64,000 bases of DNA from Azolla caroliniana (lineage: Eukaryota > Plantae > Polypodiophyta), in assembly GCA_043228905.1 (NCBI GenBank), contig JBHGNT010000003.1, positions 23,560,001 to 23,624,000 on the forward strand, written 5' to 3'. Position numbers and translations under genes: made by a program. Each line of letters opens with the position of its first letter. Position 1 is the stretch's first letter. The notes under the pieces are model-generated. The model was not told where the DNA came from. It saw only the letters and a list, made by a program, of their open reading frames with translations, and did no database searches. Below are positions 1-13,700 of this stretch, piece by piece.

Positions 1-2711
1 CCATTGGCTTTTTGACTGAACTAGTACCAGATTTATTAGGGTTAGCATCAGATCTCTCCGGGCAAGCATCCAGAGAAACCTGAAAAGAAAAACAGAAAAT
101 ACGGTTAAACTTGTAAATGTCAATTTTTTTAGCTATTTAATATTTTGTAAGTAAGGTTACTTTTACATCATCTGCTTTAATCTCGAGTTCCTCCATTTGA
201 TTCATCTCATTTTCTGAAACATCTGAACTTATTTCCTTATCTTTCATTTCATGTTTGATCAAGCAATTTGAGGTGTCTTGTTCTTCATTCTCTGGAGAAT
301 GAATGCCTAACTGAGCATCAGATACATTGGGTAAAATTTGTTCATCTAAATCCATTCCTTCTGTGCACTTAGCTTCCACTTAGTAGGCTATTGTGGCGCT
401 GATTTTGGCGACTATATACCACATTCGAGTTGCACATAATCCAGAATATTTGAGTAGATACCTATATGAACATCACAACTTATCTCTTTCAATTGCATTC
501 AATAGTACAAGAACAAATTATCAAAGATGCAATTGCATTCCTAGAAAAATCTATAGTGATATGATGAGCCTGATTGGAAGGAAAAGTGTGAGACTCAGCA
601 TCATTACTTTCTTCTATAACTATAATCAATACTGCATGAGAAAGCTTCTATAAACTTAAAAGAGTTACGACTTCCTTTCCAACTTTTCAGCTTGACATTC
701 TTCGAGGACAGAAAGAAATGCCAAAATGCAGACCTTATATGTAGCTATAAATATGTGAAGTATCATAAAACAATGACTGTGTCTAGTTATCGTTATTGAC
801 AGAAAGAAATATGTTGAGCTTTGTCTGAATTTGATATTTGTGGCAACAATCAAATAGACTATTCCAATTAAACAACCAGAGGGAAAATTCAGGCATTTAC
901 GACCGTGCATAAATCACTGAAATATACCTAGATCATGACATGCTGATAAAATAACTATCATTCAATAAACCACAGAATGTATGCACACCGCGGATCAACG
1001 AATAATTTGCCTTGAGCTTTGTCCATCTTTGATAAGCTTTTATTTGATCTTATAACTATTTAATTCTGACAATTTCTTGTCAAATTGTGGTGCCCTAGGA
1101 ACTATGTCATGCTGAAGTGCAAATCTGAATGATGATGAACTCATAGTGTTTATAAAATATTCTCTAGAGATCCCAATCACCATCAAAGAATTTATCCTAC
1201 ATAGTGCAGTAATTAGAGTCTTATCTATAGATATTGGTTCTTATTTTGTCTCAGACACTAACAGTCAGAAATTGAGCAGTGATGTGCTATCTATCTATAG
1301 CCTAACCCAATCACATTCCTTGAGAACATAGTTGGTTTGAAAGGTAACCAAATTTAGGTCATCTAAATTCTAAGTACTTTGCATATATCTTTCCAAGAAC
1401 TAGAAAGATTGAAAGCAAGGCTCTCAAATTCATGAATACCATTTCCTAAAACAGCACGGAAAACCTAAGGTCCAGATGGATTAAAATAATGAAAAATTAA
1501 GCTCCAAATATTCTCTAGAGATCCCAATCACCATCAAAGAATTTATCCTACATAGTGCAGTAATTAGAGTCTTATCTATAGATATTGGTTCTTATTTTGT
1601 CTCAGACACTAACAGTCAGAAATTGAGCAGTGATGTGCTATCTATCTATAGCCTAACCCAATCACATTCCTTGAGAACATAGTTGGTTTGAAAGGTAACC
1701 AAATTTAGGTCATCTAAATTCTAAGTACTTTGCATATATCTTTCCAAGAACTAGAAAGATTGAAAGCAAGGCTCTCAAATTCATGAATACCATTTCCTAA
1801 AACAGCACGGAAAACCTAAGGTCCAGATGGATTAAAATAATGAAAAATTAAGCTCCGAATTTTAACATCTTCTTTAGGCATGGACATCTATAGTGCAATT
1901 CCTTTCAAGAACCAAATGATTGAAAGGAACGCTTTTGAATCCATGAATAACGTTGCTAAAGAAAATACTAATCATGCATTCACCATCAGAAACCATTTCA
2001 ATGCTCATACTTGCAACCCTCTTGCCAAATTTTTGAATACATACAGCTGATTAAGCTAAGCTAAAGTATAGAAGCAAATATATTAACGGACTAATAAGGA
2101 TCGATCTTATAAAACTATTGACAGTGAATATAAACCAAAAAACTATCAGTTAATGGAAGACTGGGTTTTATTGAATACTTACAGTTACAATCCCCTGGCT
2201 GCCACATTTGCAAAACAAAGCTAAGGTGAACTAAAGAAAAATAGCATCTTAACTAAATACAAATATCAAAGGAATAGAAAAGAACAAGATCAGTATGAAA
2301 TGGGGGAGAGAGAGAGAGAGAGAGGGATCTATTCAAAAAAATGTATCAGATGATACCATTATAGCGCTATGAACAGAAGGAAACACAAAGCTCTCACTGA
2401 CCGCGAGAAAGGTAGAGACGATGAGCTGGATCAGATCAAGCCTCCATCTGTCAGAAAAGAAAGAAAGAAAGGGAAAAACACACACAGCTAAGAATTGCAA
2501 AAGTGAGTAATAAACAGAGAGAAACAGGGTAGGGGCCCAATGAACTGAAAAAGCTTTCATGTGGGGTGGGGGGGGGGGGGGGGGGTCTCTGTGTTTCATC
2601 TTACTTTCATGTCTTAACGAATTTGGGTCCCTTGTATTTCTTCTAATTTCTGGTGTTCTGTTTGGTTTTTGGTTTTCACTACAATAGGAAGTTCAGACAT
2701 CACATCAATCC
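1..2711 (-). CDS. 5' part of an unidentified multi-exon gene running off the left edge (acidic, low-complexity product)
   Basis: ORF 137..379 ends at donor ...GATGTAAAA|GTAACC (exon ends at 161) and splices in frame via a CAG acceptor to exon <1..79 (VSLDACPERSDANPNKSG...). Further exon-like segments with splice signals lie near 669-700, 2352-2449 and 2604-2710, some probably UTR. No recognisable domain, and the upstream structure is uncertain. Confidence 0.4.
1155..1856. repeat. Direct tandem duplication, 2 x 351 bp
   Basis: 1155..1505 and 1506..1856 (AAATATTCTCTAGAGATCCC...AAATTAAGCTCC) look identical by eye. Confidence 0.95.
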
Positions 2712-2749
<38 letters not shown>

Positions 2750-4816
2750 AGAGATAGAGAGAGAATGCATAACCACCTTACTAAGTAGACTAAGTAGCAC
2801 ATATGGATGGTAGACCGGATATACATACATATGTATAAAGAATAGGGAATGATGGGCCCAAATAGCCGGTGGTGGCACAACTACTTGGATCACACTCGTA
2901 TCTCTTCCTTTGGTCGAGTGAAGCTCTTTATTTGGAGGAACATAGCCGCCATAGGTTTATTATTATTGACTTGATCTCGTAGGACGATGTGTTTGGGAAT
3001 TTATATCAGCAGAGTACGGGCTCCTCTGACTTGGACTGTTTCGAAATCCCTCTCCTGAAGGGTGTTTGCTCAAGATGGCACCAGATCGACTCTTTTATTG
3101 TTTCCGATTTGAGTTTGAGTTTCTACGGGGATGCTTTTGTTCTTTATGGTTAAAATGGAGTTCGAGGTCACATTTGACGCTTAAAAAGGCATCATGGTAT
3201 GGTAGTTCTCCTCGTTAGCGACCTTCAAATGAATGATTGAAGATCAACCAAATGTTTGTAGGCTTATGGGAAATCACAACATTCACCATTTGCATTGACC
3301 ATTAGGTAGACGGTGAAATAGGTCCATCCTAAGGAATTAATTAAGTGATAAGAAATGGAGTGTTAGGAATTGGATGACGTTCACTTGAAATTGTACCCCC
3401 ATCCATAGTAGTTATACATTCTATAGTTTATACAAGTATAGTCTTTGCGAGAAAAACAAAAAAGAGAAGAAATGGATGGAGAACGAGATTTTTTATTTGT
3501 TGGTATTAACCCATCTTTATTATAGTTCTTACCTTCTTGTCATTTATTTCATTAGTTGTGTTGTGTCGTGAAATCAATCCACCTCTTTTGTTTGTCTTTC
3601 GTTCGACTATCTCCATCATGAATCCTCTACAATGCAATCCATATCTTACATTGATGCCTTATAAATATTTCAGAAATACCCTTCAAAGTGGGCAAGTCCC
3701 CCATCACTCCCCAAAAGAAATACATAATTGGTTTCAGACTTACCTTTTAGATTTGGATCTTAGACTTGAATCACATCAAAGGTGGATGGATGAAATGAAA
3801 TAAAACTTTGTGTAATCACTACTATGTGGGACGATATCTATCATTGACAAACATTTTAAATTAGGGTGTCTACCATTGCGATAATTACGTTCTATGGAAG
3901 AATAAGATCCATTGCTTTTTGATTTAGAGATCATGATAGTAGAGATTGGATTATAGGAGGGACAAGATTTGTTAACATGGACGATGAAGATTGGTTGTAA
4001 TAAGATCATTTAGCCATGTAATCAATTTACTTTCATATTACAAATATAATATCTATTTCTCGAACTTGGACTAGAAAACTCAAAGGATCTATGCAAAAGC
4101 TCTTTGACACATATGAGAATAGTACTTCCTCAAACAAAGTTCTCTCTTATGTGCATGTTGTGTAAGGAATCCAACTGGGTTGCAACACATGTTAACAAGT
4201 TTGATGCTATTATTTAACAACTAAAGGTGCGAATATGTGATAGGATTTAGAAACGTGAGTAGTTATGTTCATGTGAGCATTGTCCGCCTCATGGAACACC
4301 TTTTGTATACCATTTGTCACAAGTGCCCTAGAGGACACATTTTCAAATATGGACTTGTGGTCGAAAATCCATGGTGAGTTCAAGTGGAAAATGTTACAAT
4401 GTGTAGAACTCGTAGAGGAAGACTAAAATATAACATTTTCACATAGTATATGTGAAAGTGAGTAGTGAGTCTCGATGTTCAAGAATTTTACTAATGAATG
4501 AACTTTACTACCAAGAGGTCTATAAAAGGACATTGTAATTAGCACAATAATGGTGTTCCTTGTTCTACAATTTTGCACTTGTGACATTCAAATGATTTTT
4601 GTTGTCTTTATACATATAATAATTTTATAATGCTCCATATGCATTTTTCAAAGTTTCTTCGTGATATATTCCTCTACCCTTGGTAGGTTGTAACTTTATC
4701 ATTAACTTGTTGAGTAGTTGAGATTTCTTCATATATTCAAACCCATTATCCAAACATCACATGAGTCTTAGCTTTGGGGTTTATTTATGATCCCATTCAT
4801 ATAAGTCTGTTGGGAA

Positions 4817-6236
4817 TTGGCTGACTTTTTCTTCTTCAGCGATGAAAACAAAACCCAAGTTTGTAGTGCAATTTGGGGAGGGAACATTATGTATTCAGAA
4901 ATGGATAGAGTCTTTACAATATCTTCCTTTCAACCTTTTCAAACTAGTCTCTTTTGGTATGGTATGTTTTCATCCCTACATGTCTTATTGGGGGTTAGGG
5001 GTTATAAAACCTTTCATGAATGCCTTTACTTCAATGTTTTGCCTTCTGGACGACTTCATTCTCTCTTTGTGGAAGACAAAATTGTAACTCGAGGGAATAG
5101 GTTGCCTATTCATATATTATGGAAGAAAGATAAAAAATGGATATTGAACCCACATCCAAATGATGTTAACAATCTCTATGATTTATGGGTCTATGAAACT
5201 AAGCTCATTGATCGGCTTTTGTGGGATCTTGGTTAGTGGAAATGGCAAATTAGATCAGCGCAAGGAATGTTAGGTAAGCAAATCCCATTTTTTTAGTATT
5301 CAGTAAAAATGGGTAAAGAAATGCTAAGGAGAGGTGTGACTATTACACCAGTGACTTGTAATTTTTGGAGATTTGGTAATGTAACAGATTCTTGGTTGAA
5401 TGTTTATTGGAAATGGTTATGGGTCACGCAAATTCCTAAAAAGGTTGTGTTATTTAGATGGTTGTTGACACATTATGGCATTCCTGTGAAGTCATGGATG
5501 CAGGGACATTGTCAGGATTTAAAATGTGACAATTGTGGTTCTCCCATTAAATTGGTTTACCATGTTTTATGGATATGTCCTATTGTTAGAGCAGTTTGGA
5601 AAACAATGTTGAGAATGTTATATCCTATTTATGGTAGGCAGGTGCACACATGGGTTTTTGTGAGATGGGGAAGATTGGCTAAAAAAATTCAAAACTATGA
5701 AAAGGAGTATGGTGATTTCCTTCTCCTCTCCGATGGAAGACATGTATTGGAGGTCTCTGATATTACATCAGTTTGTTGTTTGGAAGAGGATATGGTTTGG
5801 TCTACGATATCTTCTCTAGTCATTTGGGTATTGTGGAAGGCTAGATGTAAATGTGTATTTCAGAAAGTTAAACAGAATGCAGTTGAGTTAGTCAAAGAGG
5901 TATGGTTAATGCTCATACACACTTTAAGAGGTCAATATGATGCGATAACTGGTGAGCCTGAGGTTGTGATTTGGAGACAACAACAATTTAGAGAAATTTG
6001 GAAAAACGTTGAGGTCTTCGTCTCTTTTGGAGAAGAATAAAGTGGAGATATGTTCCACCAAGATGGCTTTTTCCACCCCCCGTCTTGGAACAACCTTCAT
6101 GAGGGCTTTTGATACTTGACATGTTGGTTGATGTGGATATGAGGGTTGTAATATATTGTATGAACTCGTTGTAGCCTTTCAACATCTTTCCATTAATACC
6201 AAGGTGAACCTTCTTTAAAAATAAAATAAAAAAAAA
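4817..6236 (+). mobile_element. 5'-truncated, degenerate LINE (L1-like) 3' end with zf-RVT domain and A-rich tail
   Basis: ORFs 4817..5236 and 5309..6040 are separated by stops. The zf-RVT-type motif is W..IPKKV.LFRWL...C..C....HVLW.CP...VW, followed by IWVLWKAR..CVF and a C-terminal WRYVPPRWLFPPP. An A-rich tail lies at 6217-6236. Confidence 0.85.
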
Positions 6237-8279
6237 CTCAAGGGCTCAATTTTTCTCTATTTCATTTATATTATTGTCACTTTTGAAGTAATACCCCACA
6301 AGACCTTAAAACATCTTCTTGATGATGATGCATTTTCATCTCACATAAGAACTGATGATATGTTTAGGATGTGTGGAATATGTTTGGATCTCAAAATCGT
6401 TGGACTATCATGCTTGATTTCAGGTAGATTGTCAATTCTGTGTACTTGTTGAGAAGAGTATATAGTTGGTGTGAGTGTCAGCGTGTCAGGATTTCCACCT
6501 TAGAACAAGGTTTACCTAGGACGATACTATCACATAAAAAATGCTTCCTTCCATGTTAGTGTGTTATTGAAATATCAATTTTTTGATGATGTTAACATGC
6601 CAATGACATTCTTTTCGATTTCAAACAAATGTAGCATACAAATAACTTGGTGGGTTCTTGATATAATGTACAATATAAGATGCTTATGAGTACATTTCAT
6701 TAACTCTAGGATGACAAGATAAACAATTGAACGTGAGGATGTGAGGGACATAGATAGGACATCATTGTCATTAATGTTGGTTCTCAATGAAGAACTCCCC
6801 AAATTTTGATTCACATCATATCCTAAAAGCTAAGAATTGAGAAATTAAGTTGGGCAAAACAACACTTTCTAAACTCGTGGTTGTGGATCACAAGTTTTCC
6901 TTTCCCAAACACCAAAAGATTCTTTCACAATATAAGACAATTTGGCATCATTTTCTTTAGTATACTAACTGCAAAACCATGGTGACACTTGATTGCTCAT
7001 GTTTTAAAACGTATGTCTAGAATGCTTTCTTTGGATGATTTAAACTTGCATGAAACATATCACCTTCCCATTATATTGACGAATCTATTTGGCATTAACT
7101 AGATATAAACTCAACATGCAATGATTGAATATACATCATCCACACGCATTAGACCTTTAGCATAAATCATTTCAATTACACGAACACATTTGTTGTCTGA
7201 TCCATGACTTGGAGATGTGAACATGTAAATGTTCAACATATATTCTTCTATGTCAAACATCCCCTCATTTGAACAAACAAACACATGGCTATTACAATGG
7301 CAATGAATATGTTGACAAATTATAACCATGACCACATATTTTACTATTTCATAAACGAGTTCAAGGTTCCTCTACCCAAACACTATATTTTCTAATGTTT
7401 CCAATCTATCTATAGAGGACTTATGCGTGCATGTGAGGATTGATATGTTCAATGATATCAAAACCATGATTACGATGTGTGTGCAATGATGTATGATAAT
7501 GAATTTATGTTGTAAACATAATGTAATACTTTAGGAATCAACTTGGTGTAGTCTAGTAATACTCTAATTTGGATTCACCCAAGCAAATAAATTACTTATA
7601 ATATAAATTTGAATATTGAATATAGGATGGGATCAAGCGCAAGTAATTTATTTTAGATATGTTTAGGTAGCATAACATGTTACCTGTCACCATCCATAAA
7701 TAATGGACAACAAAAAACTATGCAACATTTGCTTTGTTTATTTTGTAATGCATTGGTAGTGATGGCCCAACAATATATTAGATTTCTAATTTTTCCCAAA
7801 AGTGGCCTCACAATTGTCCAAAAAAGGACAAAAACTAATTGATTGTTTAATGTTGATGGATAGGTCAACAATGAAACAACTCTTTGTGGCTAGGGCAAAC
7901 AAGACATTAGATGCTAAAGTCACATGAGCACCTTTCAATGAATGACAACTAACAACCCTTCAAGTTGCAGGGAAGAGCTTAATGAAGAAAAATCAATTCA
8001 AAGATATAAGAAGGAACTATGTGATGTATGATGATCCCCTTAGTGTTTGCCCCACGTTAGCTTAAGGATTATTCACACAAATGCCAACACATATCTAATT
8101 TGTTTTGTTTTCAAGCTAGGGGCTATGGGGCTTCGTCTATCTATTAAATCTAGAATTAGATTAGAATTTGAGCTTGGCTATATCTTTGCTTAGTTGGAGT
8201 CATTTCTTCCAATCAAATTTGTCTTGTGTATCAAGCAAAGTTTCTCTCTAATTGTTGGTTTATAACATAGCATCAAAGT

Positions 8280-8910
8280 CACTTTGAGAGAACCCACATT
8301 CAATCCTTGCCATGGCTTAGATAGCAGCTTGTAGATTATAATCAAACTCTTGTGGACGTTGAAAAATATCTATCTATATTAGGGTGAGAGGTTAAAACCT
8401 TTGTCTTTGCCTAGGAAGTGCCTTGTAGATTGTAATCAAACTCTCGTGGATGTAAAAAATATATCTATCTATATTAGGGTGAGGAGATCAAACCTTTGTG
8501 CTCTCGTGGATGTTAAAAATATATCTATCTTCGGGTGAGGGGATTAATTTACCTTTGTGCCCCCGTGGACGTTAAAAAGATATCTATCTATCTTAGGGTG
8601 AGGGGTTCAAACCTTCGTCCTTTGCCTAGTTAGTGTCTCATAGATTGTAATGAGACTGTCATGGATGTTAAAAAGATATCGATCATAAATTTGATAGAAC
8701 CCAAGTTCAACCCTTGCCATGGCCTAGATAGCATATTATAGATTATAATCAAACTCTCGTGGACGTTAAAAGGATATCTATCCATCTTAGGGTGAGGGGT
8801 TCAAACCTTTGTCTTTGCCTACGTAGTGTCTCGTAGATTGTAATGAGACTCTCGTGGATGTTAAAAATATATCTATCTATCTTAGGGTGAGGGGATCAAA
8901 CCTTTTGCTC
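8280..8910. repeat. Degenerate tandem repeat array (about 55-100 bp units)
   Basis: About 7 copies of the core CTC(TC)GTGGAYGTTAAAAA.ATATCTATC, most followed by TTAGGGTGAGGGGTTCAAACCTT. They are nested in a higher-order repeat that starts GAACCCA..TTCAA.CCTTGCCATGGC (about 8290 and 8697). Confidence 0.85.
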
Positions 8911-9699
8911 TCATTCACCCCTCTCATTAGCATTAACCTCACTAAGAAGCTCACTAATGTCTTAGTGGGCTTAAACATTAGGACCTATTTACACAAATAA
9001 ATATATTAGAAGGGATGAGACTAATCATACATCAATTAATGGAGTCGCACAGAACACATAATACAATGGAGAGAGTGAAGCACTCAATGCTAATTGCTCG
9101 CGAGTATGAGAAATAGGGAGAGAGAGGTCAAGCTTAGGCTAAACAACGGAGAAAAATCTAGGTTTAAGAGAAATAACTAAAAAGGCACAAAAGTGACTTG
9201 TATAGATATTTTTTAGAAAGAGATTGTCCCCATTCACATTGGGGCATCCATTTGGCTTAAAGCTTTAGATAACGTTGTAACTGTGTTCCCCTTCCTAATA
9301 CCTATGGTCCCAATCTTGGTCTTTAGTACCAATGCCAATGTCTTCATGGGTTGGGTTATGTACGATATTACGATATTACGTACTTAAACATCCCATAATG
9401 GCTATTGTTAGTCATGGAGTGAATCCTCTCATACACAAGGTTAATAATAAGAAAATGCTCACCCACCTACAAAAATTAAGCACACTCCTCCAAATCTCTT
9501 TATGAGGGAGTAAGACAAATTGCATTTCATTATATCATTAACCAAATAATACAATACACCATCAACACATTTTTTGCTTGTTTTGGTTTTGATTTTCAAG
9601 TCGGATTCATCAAGAGGCTTGATCTCCGGCATCTTTCATCAATATTGACGCTTGAAACGTTGTGTGCATTAAGCATATAGTTATGTGCAGAGCATCCTG

Positions 9700-10520
9700 T
9701 GATGCATTCTCTTGTTATTTGGCAAACAAATTGATATGAAAATCTTTGCCAAGTTGTATGTCAACATTATCCTCCGTAGACTGGAATGCATTGTTGAATA
9801 ATACTTGATTTATCCTCTGGAAACAATTTCGGTATAAGAAAAGGTGAGGTCTTTGTTTAATTCACACTCTAGCTGCATAATTAGTATTACCATAATCCAT
9901 ACACTCAGTAAGAGACTCCCTTGGGATTAATTCTCAGCGTGGTTGGAATGAAGAGTTGATCCCTGACGTTGCGTTTTGATGCGTTAAATATTTAGTTATC
10001 AGGGACTTTGCAACACAAGTGCATTGCTTTCATTAGATCTACCAATAGAGATCCCACCTCATAAGTCATATATATATTGGGTAATGGATTCCAGCTTCCT
10101 CTCTAAGAAAAATGTACTAGTAGATGGTCCTAGATGCTTTGCAACCTGGAAAATGAATGAGGCATCCCACAACCTGATTGGATAATCAATTGGGATCAAG
10201 AGCAATGTATTGTGCAATAATGTTGTTCACGGATATGATGATCCAATAGTTGTTTAAAAGTCAGGGTGATTGCTTTTATTAGAGATTCATCATCTGGAAT
10301 GGGAATTTGATCCTCTCAATTCGCACCAAACTGTGACCATGTAATGTAATTGCAGCTTTGATGTCTTCAAATGCCTTCAACCATCTGTTTGGCGATGTCA
10401 AAAAATGCATTCTAGGACATCTAAAATGAAAACGTTCATCCTTCTTTCTTGGCATCCACCTGAAAAGTCTGCTGAGCAATTGCAATGACCTTGAAGATGA
10501 CATTGGAGCTTCATTGGAGT
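9700..10520 (-). pseudogene. Decayed TORNADO1-like ROCO fragment (end of Roc plus COR region)
   Basis: Clear nucleotide homology to the two adjacent ROCO genes. Translatable remnants include QTFQVDA.RKKD, DIAKQMVEGI, ITWSQF, IPDDESLIKAITL, IALDPN*, AMHLCCKVP and QVLFNNAF, with many frameshifts and stops. Confidence 0.9.
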
Positions 10521-10794
10521 GGTTAGTGAAGATGTATGATGACATTGAAGACTTTACCGAAGCAATAGTCTCAGATTTTGGCAACATGATCAACTAGCTA
10601 TGTTTTTATCCTTCATGCGGATAATAAAAAAAAAAACCACAGAAGAACGAGAATGTTAAGTCAATGAATAGAATACATACAGAAATTTACAACATTTTGA
10701 GACTAGGCTCTGCAAAGGAAGGAATGATTCAGTATACAAATGTGTTCTAATTCAACCCTAACCTAAGATAGTAGTTGTAGTTGTAGGATATAAT

Positions 10795-13700
10795 TTAACC
10801 TAGCGGGGAAGGCCTATAGTGTCTGTAGTGTTTGTCGCACAACCATGCTGCGTGATCGCTCCCATCTGCTTTTCTGTACATGCCACGCCTGAGACGGAAC
10901 TTATTGGCTATGTTTTCATCTGTCACACCTCCATTGTCCGTCAATATGGAGGCCAAGCAGCTTTGCCACTCTTTGAAAGAATCTAATGTAGTTGGGGATA
11001 CATGAGAGATGCTTGATGTGCCAGACAAATGGAATTTGGATCTAAGAGTCTCTGATATCATAGGGTACCCTTTGGCCACTTTGAGGTAGGGAATCAAATC
11101 AGGTATTGTCGAGGCTAGAGGGGGGATTACATAGTTTATGCCAAATTTTGCAGCTGTAATCAAAACACAAAGGAGACCATTAACATATGGAAGTGCTTTG
11201 CCTAGGCTCTTTGATAGAGCCTCAGAAAGACAAGTGAGAGTGATGCCTTCTTGATTCTCCACTGGGTGCAGTGATGTTTGGTCCTCGCAGTAAAGCTCAA
11301 TGCGCACTGATAACACGTTGTTTCCTGACAAGGAGGTCACAAGCTTCCTTATCTTGTTCACGCCATCGCTGGTAAGGACTACCACTCGAGGGAGTTGATT
11401 CTGAACCTCATTCTCCATAGCTAACTTCAACAGCTTGCCTAATGCCTTCTCAACCTTGCACACAACATCTTCCCTCATAGATTTGAGCTCTTTATATATT
11501 CTATCCACATTCTTAGTCATCTCATCCATCTTCTCGTGTAACGCATCCATCTTATCATGTAACTGATCTAAGCGTAAGATTGCCATAGCCATCTCCTTAC
11601 TAGACTCCACCTCCGCTCTCTCTTCTGATATTTGACCCTCTTGCACCTTCTCTAAATCTAAATCTAGGCTATTTTCCAAGCTAGGCACTGTCATATTTTG
11701 AAGAATTTGATGGTGCTTATTTGCGTTGACTTCATCAGAATCCAAGAATGCATAGTCCACCTCCTTCAACCATGTTTCATAGGACTTGAGGATCTCCAAG
11801 TAATTCTCAAAACCAACAAGATCAATTAAAGAATCTGTTATAGAAACATTCATATACCTAGTCCCCTTCCAAACATGATAGAGTGGCTCGCCTTGCTCAA
11901 GTTGCTTTCTTAGTTCTTGCTTCAGATAAATCATTTCCAAGCATTGATCTTCTCTATTTTCTGCCCTTGATGGATCTTGTAAGGAGTCTGGACGGATGAT
12001 ACTCTCAATCAACTTGACACCTTGGATGCCGATGGGTTGGGCACATATTGTAATAAGATTGTTGATGATTTGTTTCTCCACGTAAGCTAAGGTCCTTGAC
12101 ATGTCTTGTTGATTATTTTTTGGAGCCCGAACCAACACATCTATCACATGTTCAGATTTCGCTTGACAGAACACAATAATGATCTCCTTGTTTGGCAAAC
12201 ATATTGATATGAAATCTTTGCCAAGTTTTACATCAACATTATTGTGATATTTGAATGCATTGTTAAACAAGACTTGAATCCTTGGAAACAAACCTGGTGT
12301 AAGAAATGTGAGATTTTTGTTTGCACACTCTAACCTCCTACCCATGTATGTATAATTAGTATTATCATCTGGCCAAGTAGTGCACGTGGCCGATGCTCTC
12401 CATTGGGGCCCTTCATACATGGTCGCATATTCTTCTTTGTGATTCCCCAATGTAGCTGGAATGAAGAGTTCATCATTGTTGTTTTTGGTGGCATCCAAGT
12501 TACTTGGGACTTTGCAACACAAGTGCATTGCTTCCATTAAATCTACCAATAAAGACTCCACTCCACATTTGGTAATGGATTCTAACTTCTTCTCCAAAAA
12601 ATGTCGATTAACATATCCATGAATTGGTATTGTTCTAGATTCTTTGCAGCTTGGAAAATTAATAAGGCTTCCCATGATCTGATTGCAAAACCAATTGGGA
12701 TCAAGAACAATGTGTGCAATACCATTTATGAATATGATGATGCCATAATCGTTTAAAGTCAAGGCGATTGCTTTCATTATAGCTTCATTATCTGGAATGG
12801 AAAGTTGATCCTTGCAAATATCACGAAATTGTGACCATGTAATGATCCGCTGTCTTGATATCTTCAAATGCTTCGACAAATGTTTAGATACCTGCATGCA
12901 AATGTCGAACACATAAATACCTTCGAGCATCTCTTTGGAAATCTCAAAAATGCAGTCTACGACAGCCTTGACACGTCCATCCTTCTTCCTTGCATCCACC
13001 TCAAAGGTAGGGTCCACAATTTCAATGACCTCTTTGAATTGTGATCGGAGTGAAGTAATTGAAGTTGAGAGAGCATCTGAGATGAGATCCATCTGGTCCG
13101 CCCACGTGAATACCACCACCACTTTCAGTGTAGAGTTTGATTGACGGCATTTGGAGGCAAGAAACTTGAGCCAATACCTGAAGCTTTCTTCAAATTCTTG
13201 GGCTGTTTTCGCAATGTCAGCTCTTCTACGGTTGGAGCTTGATAAGTGGATGTGTTTAGGATTCCAGACGAACAAGAAGATACATGGAGCTTGATATAAG
13301 GAGTTTGCTCCTATGTCTGGGAACATACAATCATGGAATGCATGGAATTCTTGTTGACCTGCCATGTCCCACAGAGACATTCGAATCCCATCTTTGGTGA
13401 TGGCTCTGACTTCGATTCCTTGGGTGCGATTAGGCTCATGTCGAGGGGTAATCAATGTTCTCAATTTATCCCTCTTGCGTGAGTAAATGGAATGCATAGT
13501 GGACACAAGGGTAGTCTTTCCTGCACACACAGATAATAAACGGTGCGACCAGATTGATTATAAAGTAAAAATAATTATGAATACCAGCTTGTTCTCATTA
13601 ATTTTTTTACATATTATCATTAATGTGTTCTATGTTTGGGTCCACAATATCTGAGATTTAATCTGCTATCAGAGAGAGATGAGGTAGTAATTGCCTGCAT

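Noticed and set aside
3640-3990. LINE endonuclease-like traces (DWIIGG-like)
   Set aside because: Motifs too short and broken to call.
6400-7340. Possible SWIM-zinc-finger or transposase remnant on the minus strand
   Set aside because: Only vague Cys/His spacing; too degraded to support without a search.
8280-8910. CRISPR-like repeat-spacer appearance
   Set aside because: The DNA is eukaryotic, the intervening sequences are themselves repeated, and there are no cas genes.
10279-10593. 104-aa ORF
   Set aside because: Mostly an off-frame reading of the decayed ROCO fragment.
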